NCBI GenBank assembly: GCA_046292875.1
Contig: JBKBQD010000008.1
Coordinates: forward strand, 17,567 to 81,566
Length of the DNA stretch: 64,000 nucleotides
Direction: 5' to 3'
DNA from: Fimbriimonadaceae bacterium
GTDB taxonomy: Bacteria; Armatimonadota; Fimbriimonadia; Fimbriimonadales; Fimbriimonadaceae
The position numbers and the translations under genes were made by a program. Shown here piece by piece: positions 60,221-64,000 of the stretch (position 1 is the stretch's first letter; every line of letters begins with the position of its first letter). The notes beneath the pieces were generated by a model. The model did no database searches. It worked only from the letters and a program-made list of their open reading frames with translations, and was not told the origin of the DNA.

Positions 60221-61005
60221 GGCTGATCGCCGCGGCCGGATTTGCCACGATAAAGCCGCTCCATAAAGGCCAGCAGGTACGCCACTTCTTCGGTGTGCGT
60301 CACTTCATTTCGCACGGCCTCGATAGCGTGGCGCAGGCTCAGTTCGGATCGAAACAGGATTTTCGCCGCCTTGTGCAGCGCCATCCGGTCGGGCGGCGAG
60401 ATGCCAATGCGTCGCAGTCCGACGGCATTGATGTCATAAACCTTTTGGTCAATCCCTTCGGTGATCATGTAGGGCGGGCAGTCGCGCGTGATGCGACTCA
60501 CGCCACCCACCATCGCGAACTTGCCGATGCGCACATATTGGTGAATCCCCGTCATGCCACCGACGGTGACTTTTTCCTCGATCGTGACATAGCCCGAAAC
60601 GCCGACGTTGTTGGCCAAGGTCACGAATTCGTGGAGGACGGCGTTGTGCCCCACATGAACGAAGGCCATGAGATAGCAATCGTTGCCGATGCGGGTCGCG
60701 TGCCCTTCGCCCGTCGCGCGATGCAGCGTCACGTACTCGCGGATCATCACGCGGTCCCCGACGATCAAGTACGTCGACTCGCCTTGATAGCGCCGGTCCT
60801 GGGGGTCGCCGCCCAAAACCGCGCCCTGGCCGACAAAACACTCCACCCCAACTTGCGTTCCCGATTTGATCGTCACGTGCGAGTCCAGTCGCGTCGCATT
60901 TCCAATCTGGACATCGCCCTCCACCACACAAAAAGGACCCACGGTCACCCCTTCGCCGAGTTCGGCGCGAGGATCGATGACCGCAGACGGGTGGATTTGG
61001 GTCAC
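60217..61005 (-). CDS. lpxA: acyl-ACP--UDP-N-acetylglucosamine O-acyltransferase
   Basis: 262 aa. IHPSAVIDP opens hexapeptide repeats, followed by the C-terminal helical domain. Confidence 0.9.
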   Translation of the reverse strand: MTQIHPSAVIDPRAELGEGVTVGPFCVVEGDVQIGNATRLDSHVTIKSGTQVGVECFVGQGAVLGGDPQDRRYQGESTYLIVGDRVMIREYVTLHRATGEGHATRIGNDCYLMAFVHVGHNAVLHEFVTLANNVGVSGYVTIEEKVTVGGMTGIHQYVRIGKFAMVGGVSRITRDCPPYMITEGIDQKVYDINAVGLRRIGISPPDRMALHKAAKILFRSELSLRHAIEAVRNEVTHTEEVAYLLAFMERLYRGKSGRGDQP

Positions 61006-61014
61006 AAATTTCCT

Positions 61015-61443
61015 CTACGGCGCAATGAGTTTGAAGCTCATCTCCATCGTGGCCACCGTCTCGCCGTCAACCGTCGCGGAGCCTTTGATCTTGCCGACGT
61101 CGTTGCGGAACCACAGCAGCTCGACTTCCGAAATCAGCTGGTCACCGGGGACGACGGGCCGTCGAAACTTGACGTGTTCAATGCCACCGATCAACGGGAT
61201 CTTGCCCTTGTGCTCGGGTGTGCTCAAAATCAGGATGCAGCCTGCCTGAGCGATCGCCTCGACGATCAGCACGCCCGGCATGATGGGCTTCCCGGGGTAA
61301 TGGCCCTGAAAGAAGGGTTCGTTGATGGTGACGTTCTTGAGCCCCTTGGCCGTGCGTGGCGCATCGACTTCGAGAATCCGATCAATGAGAAGCATCGGAA
61401 AACGATGCGGGAGAATATCCAGGAGTTCGTCGATCTTGACCAC
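61015..61443 (-). CDS. fabZ: 3-hydroxyacyl-ACP dehydratase FabZ
   Basis: The GTG start gives VVKIDELLDILPHRFPMLLIDRI, and FFQGHYPGKPIMPGVL (hotdog-fold active site) follows. The longer listed ORF is probably an upstream extension. Confidence 0.85.
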   Translation of the reverse strand: MVKIDELLDILPHRFPMLLIDRILEVDAPRTAKGLKNVTINEPFFQGHYPGKPIMPGVLIVEAIAQAGCILILSTPEHKGKIPLIGGIEHVKFRRPVVPGDQLISEVELLWFRNDVGKIKGSATVDGETVATMEMSFKLIAP

Positions 61444-61504
61444 GGCGTACCTCGACCCCGGCGTCGGGGCCCCCAGTGTATACCCGCGAAGGGCTGCTGC
61501 TCCC

Positions 61505-62404
61505 CTACTCGGTCGCCGGCCGGCGCGGATTCCGCTTGAAGAACTCCCAAATGTAGTCCGTCGCGACAAAGGGAGTTTTCGGCGGGCGTGGCCAATCGTG
61601 GTCGCCATTCTTCAGCGTGACCAATACGATTTCAACACCGGCCTTGGCATCAGGAAATGAATCGACGATCACCGCGCCGTCGAGCAGCTCGGACTTCTTC
61701 GGGGTGGTCTTGCCTCCGAGTTCGCTCGCCCAGAATCGCACGCCGTTCGGCGCGCTGGTCACCCGAAGGCCGGTCTGCTCGTCGTCATAGCGCACCAAAG
61801 GATCGGCATCGCCATGAATCATCAAGACCGAAATGGGCGCTTTGGGCGCGCCGATCCGGCGCTGCCCCTCGGCGGTATGCACACCGATCGTCCCGGCCAC
61901 CGAAGCGATCGCCGCCAGTTTGCCGGCCAAGCGGCTCCCCATGTCCAGCGACATCATGCCGCCGTTCGAGTGGCCCGTCATGTAGATCCGGTCCGGGTCC
62001 ACCTTCACCTCTTTCTCGACTTCTTCAATCATCCGCGTCAAAAAGGTGTGATCATCGGCGCCGGGCCGGCCGAGTCGGAAAAAGCCCATGTTCCACCCCT
62101 GCGGCCGTCCCAAACCATTGGGGGTCACCAGGAAGAACCCTTCGGCGTCGGCCTTGGCCGCAAAACCCGTGTAGGCCTCGACAATGTCCGCGCTGCCGGT
62201 GTAGCCATGCAACAGGACCACCAGCGGAAGCGGCTTTGTCCCGTCATAGCTCGGCGGAACCCGCAGGTTGTACGTGCGCTCGTCCTCACCAATGGCAAGC
62301 GTCCGCGCGTGCCGCCCCGGCTTGACGTCTTCGGTCGGAACGGCGACGGCGTGGCACGCTCCCACCGCCCATACGGCCACCATCAGAGCGGCATATCGTG
62401 ACAT
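61505..62404 (-). CDS. secreted alpha/beta hydrolase, PHB-depolymerase-family esterase-like
   Basis: It has a signal peptide (MSRYAALMVAVWAVGACHA), LVVLLHGY and the nucleophile GHSNGG. The start is uncertain (62404-62413). Confidence 0.65.
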   Translation of the reverse strand: MSRYAALMVAVWAVGACHAVAVPTEDVKPGRHARTLAIGEDERTYNLRVPPSYDGTKPLPLVVLLHGYTGSADIVEAYTGFAAKADAEGFFLVTPNGLGRPQGWNMGFFRLGRPGADDHTFLTRMIEEVEKEVKVDPDRIYMTGHSNGGMMSLDMGSRLAGKLAAIASVAGTIGVHTAEGQRRIGAPKAPISVLMIHGDADPLVRYDDEQTGLRVTSAPNGVRFWASELGGKTTPKKSELLDGAVIVDSFPDAKAGVEIVLVTLKNGDHDWPRPPKTPFVATDYIWEFFKRNPRRPATE

Positions 62405-62498
62405 CGGCATCATCCTATTCTGACGAACGCGCCGGACGCCGGTGCGCCTCCCAACGTATAATTTCATCAAGAAGCGTTCACGAGCGCTTTTCATCGCC

Positions 62499-63587
62499 AT
62501 GCTCCAGGCGCCACTGCCCGATCGATACGCCGGCCTCAGCGACGAAACACTTTACGACCGAATCCAGGCCGCCAAAAGGGCGCTGGGGGACGCGGCGGTC
62601 ATTCTTGGCCACCACTATCAGCGCGACGAAATCATCGTGCACGCCGACTTTCGCGGCGACTCGTACAAGTTGGCCAAGGACGCGAACCAGCGTCCCGAAG
62701 CCCGATTCATCGTCTTCTGCGGCGTGCACTTTATGGCCGAAACCGCCGACATCCTGACGCCCGAGAGCCGACAAGTGATCCTGCCCAATCTGGCTGCCGG
62801 ATGCTCGATGGCCGATATGGCCAACATCTTTCAGGTCCGCACGTGCTGGCAGGCACTCGGCGAGCATGTCGATGTGGACCGCGTCGTGCCCGTTACCTAT
62901 GTCAACTCGGCCGCCAATCTCAAGGCGTTCGTTGGCGAACGCGGCGGGACCTGCTGCACATCGACCAATGCGCAAGCCGCCGTCAAGTGGGCCCTCGGTC
63001 AAGGCGAAAAAGTCTTGTTCTTCCCGGACCAGCACCTTGGCCGCAACACCGGCGTCGCCCTTGGCTACGACCCTGACCGCGACATGATCGTTTGGGATCC
63101 GTTCAAGCCTCTGGGTGGCAACACCCCCGAGGACCTGCGCCGCGCAACCTTCATCCTTTGGAAGGGGCACTGCAGCGTCCACAAGAGGTTCACCGTCGAG
63201 CAGATTGCCAAAGCCCGCGAAGAACACCCCGATGTCACCGTCTTGGTCCATCCCGAATGCTCCCTCGAAGTCGTTCGCGCGAGTGACCTGAACGGCTCCA
63301 CCGAGCGAATCATCCGCTACGTCACCGACGCGCCCTCCGGCACGACTTGGGCCATCGGCACCGAGATCAATTTGGTCAACCGTTTGGCCAAAGAGCATCC
63401 CGACAAGACGGTGTTCTGCCTCGATCCGATGATCTGTCCCTGCTCGACCATGTATCGCATTCACCCTTCCTTCCTCTGCTGGGTCCTGGAAGAGTTGGTC
63501 GAGGGTCGCGTCATGAACGTCGTTCGCATCCCCGACAAGATCGCCGCTCACGCCCGCGTCGCGCTGGACCGCATGCTGAGCGTCTAG
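62499..63587 (+). CDS. nadA: quinolinate synthase
   Basis: Start chosen at MLQAPLPDRY. FCGVHFMAETA, HPEC and CPCSTMY motifs are typical of NadA. Confidence 0.9.
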   Translation: MLQAPLPDRYAGLSDETLYDRIQAAKRALGDAAVILGHHYQRDEIIVHADFRGDSYKLAKDANQRPEARFIVFCGVHFMAETADILTPESRQVILPNLAAGCSMADMANIFQVRTCWQALGEHVDVDRVVPVTYVNSAANLKAFVGERGGTCCTSTNAQAAVKWALGQGEKVLFFPDQHLGRNTGVALGYDPDRDMIVWDPFKPLGGNTPEDLRRATFILWKGHCSVHKRFTVEQIAKAREEHPDVTVLVHPECSLEVVRASDLNGSTERIIRYVTDAPSGTTWAIGTEINLVNRLAKEHPDKTVFCLDPMICPCSTMYRIHPSFLCWVLEELVEGRVMNVVRIPDKIAAHARVALDRMLSV

Positions 63588-64000
63588 GCGCCAATCTGCG
63601 CCGCCAACCGCCGAGCGCGCTCGCGGCCCGCCTCGGTAAGCCGCAAGGACCCCTGCTGTTGCGTCACCAGCCGACCGTCCAATGCTCGGCGGACGACCGT
63701 CTCGGCTGCCGTGCGGCGAGTGCCCAGGATTTCGGCGAGGTGCGCGAGCGTGGCTTCCTCTTCCTCGCGAGCCGTGCCCTCATGCTGGGCCAGATGCATC
63801 ACCACCACGTCCACGTCAAACGAACGCTGCTGGTCACGCTGACGCTTCAGCTTCGCCACCAGCCCGGCCCGCGGCGAAAAGAGGTACGCCAGAGCAAAGA
63901 GACCTCCCAGCGCCACGGCGATCATCCCGCTCACGGAAACGTCGCCCACGCGCGCCAGACTAAACCCCAGCCATCCGCCCGTCATCCCCAAAACCACCGC
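63584..64000 (-). CDS. 3' part of a metal ABC transporter (ABC-3 family) permease with C-terminal DtxR-like winged-helix extension; 5' end beyond window
   Basis: The last TM segment ends in ..ALGGLFALAYLFSPRAGLV, a typical ABC-3 C-terminus. A helical segment of about 90 aa follows (TLAHLAEILGTRRTAAETVVRRALDGRLV) that resembles a DtxR/MntR N-terminal HTH. The frame is open to the window edge. Confidence 0.5.
   Translation of the reverse strand, partial: AVVLGMTGGWLGFSLARVGDVSVSGMIAVALGGLFALAYLFSPRAGLVAKLKRQRDQQRSFDVDVVVMHLAQHEGTAREEEEATLAHLAEILGTRRTAAETVVRRALDGRLVTQQQGSLRLTEAGRERARRLAAQIGA

Noticed and set aside
60085-61539. 484-aa plus-strand ORF spanning lpxB-lpxA-fabZ
   Set aside because: It is antisense to three well-supported, tightly packed minus-strand genes, and I recognise no motifs in it.

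Overview
This is a high-G+C bacterial chromosomal segment from a diderm organism, shown by fabZ-lpxA-lpxB. An H-X9-DG/DUF1559 prepilin-like protein hints at an Armatimonadota- or PVC-like lineage, which is inference only. I can support about 60 protein-coding genes, mostly housekeeping: atpD, acnA, typA, zwf-pgl, add, nadA, a membrane-arm-only nuoH-J-K-L-M-N cluster, and fabZ-lpxA-lpxB. I can also support six tRNA genes: Ala-TGC, Thr-CGT, Thr-GGT, Leu-GAG, Val-GAC and Arg-CCT. The stand-out feature is a lower-G+C islet of about 4.8 kb (about 37763-42517) inserted at the 3' end of tRNA-Val(GAC). It is bounded by a perfect 47-bp direct repeat and carries a decayed tyrosine-integrase fragment. 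It also carries a translationally coupled two-gene operon, a TIR-APAZ protein (38691-40013) plus a short MID-PIWI Argonaute (40006-41508). This is a SPARTA-type NAD(P)+-depleting defence system, flanked by two unknown genes that share a short motif. Secondary oddities:
- zwf is broken by an apparent 1-nt deletion.
- Tmk and PurN are fused in one ORF.
- An unknown gene is wedged between nuoM and nuoN.
- NuoL carries a His-rich insertion.
- A DPP-IV-like peptidase carries poly-Gly and poly-Gln inserts.
- A plant-type SABATH-like methyltransferase is present.
- atpD is isolated from other atp genes.
All family calls come from motif recognition by eye; no searches were run.
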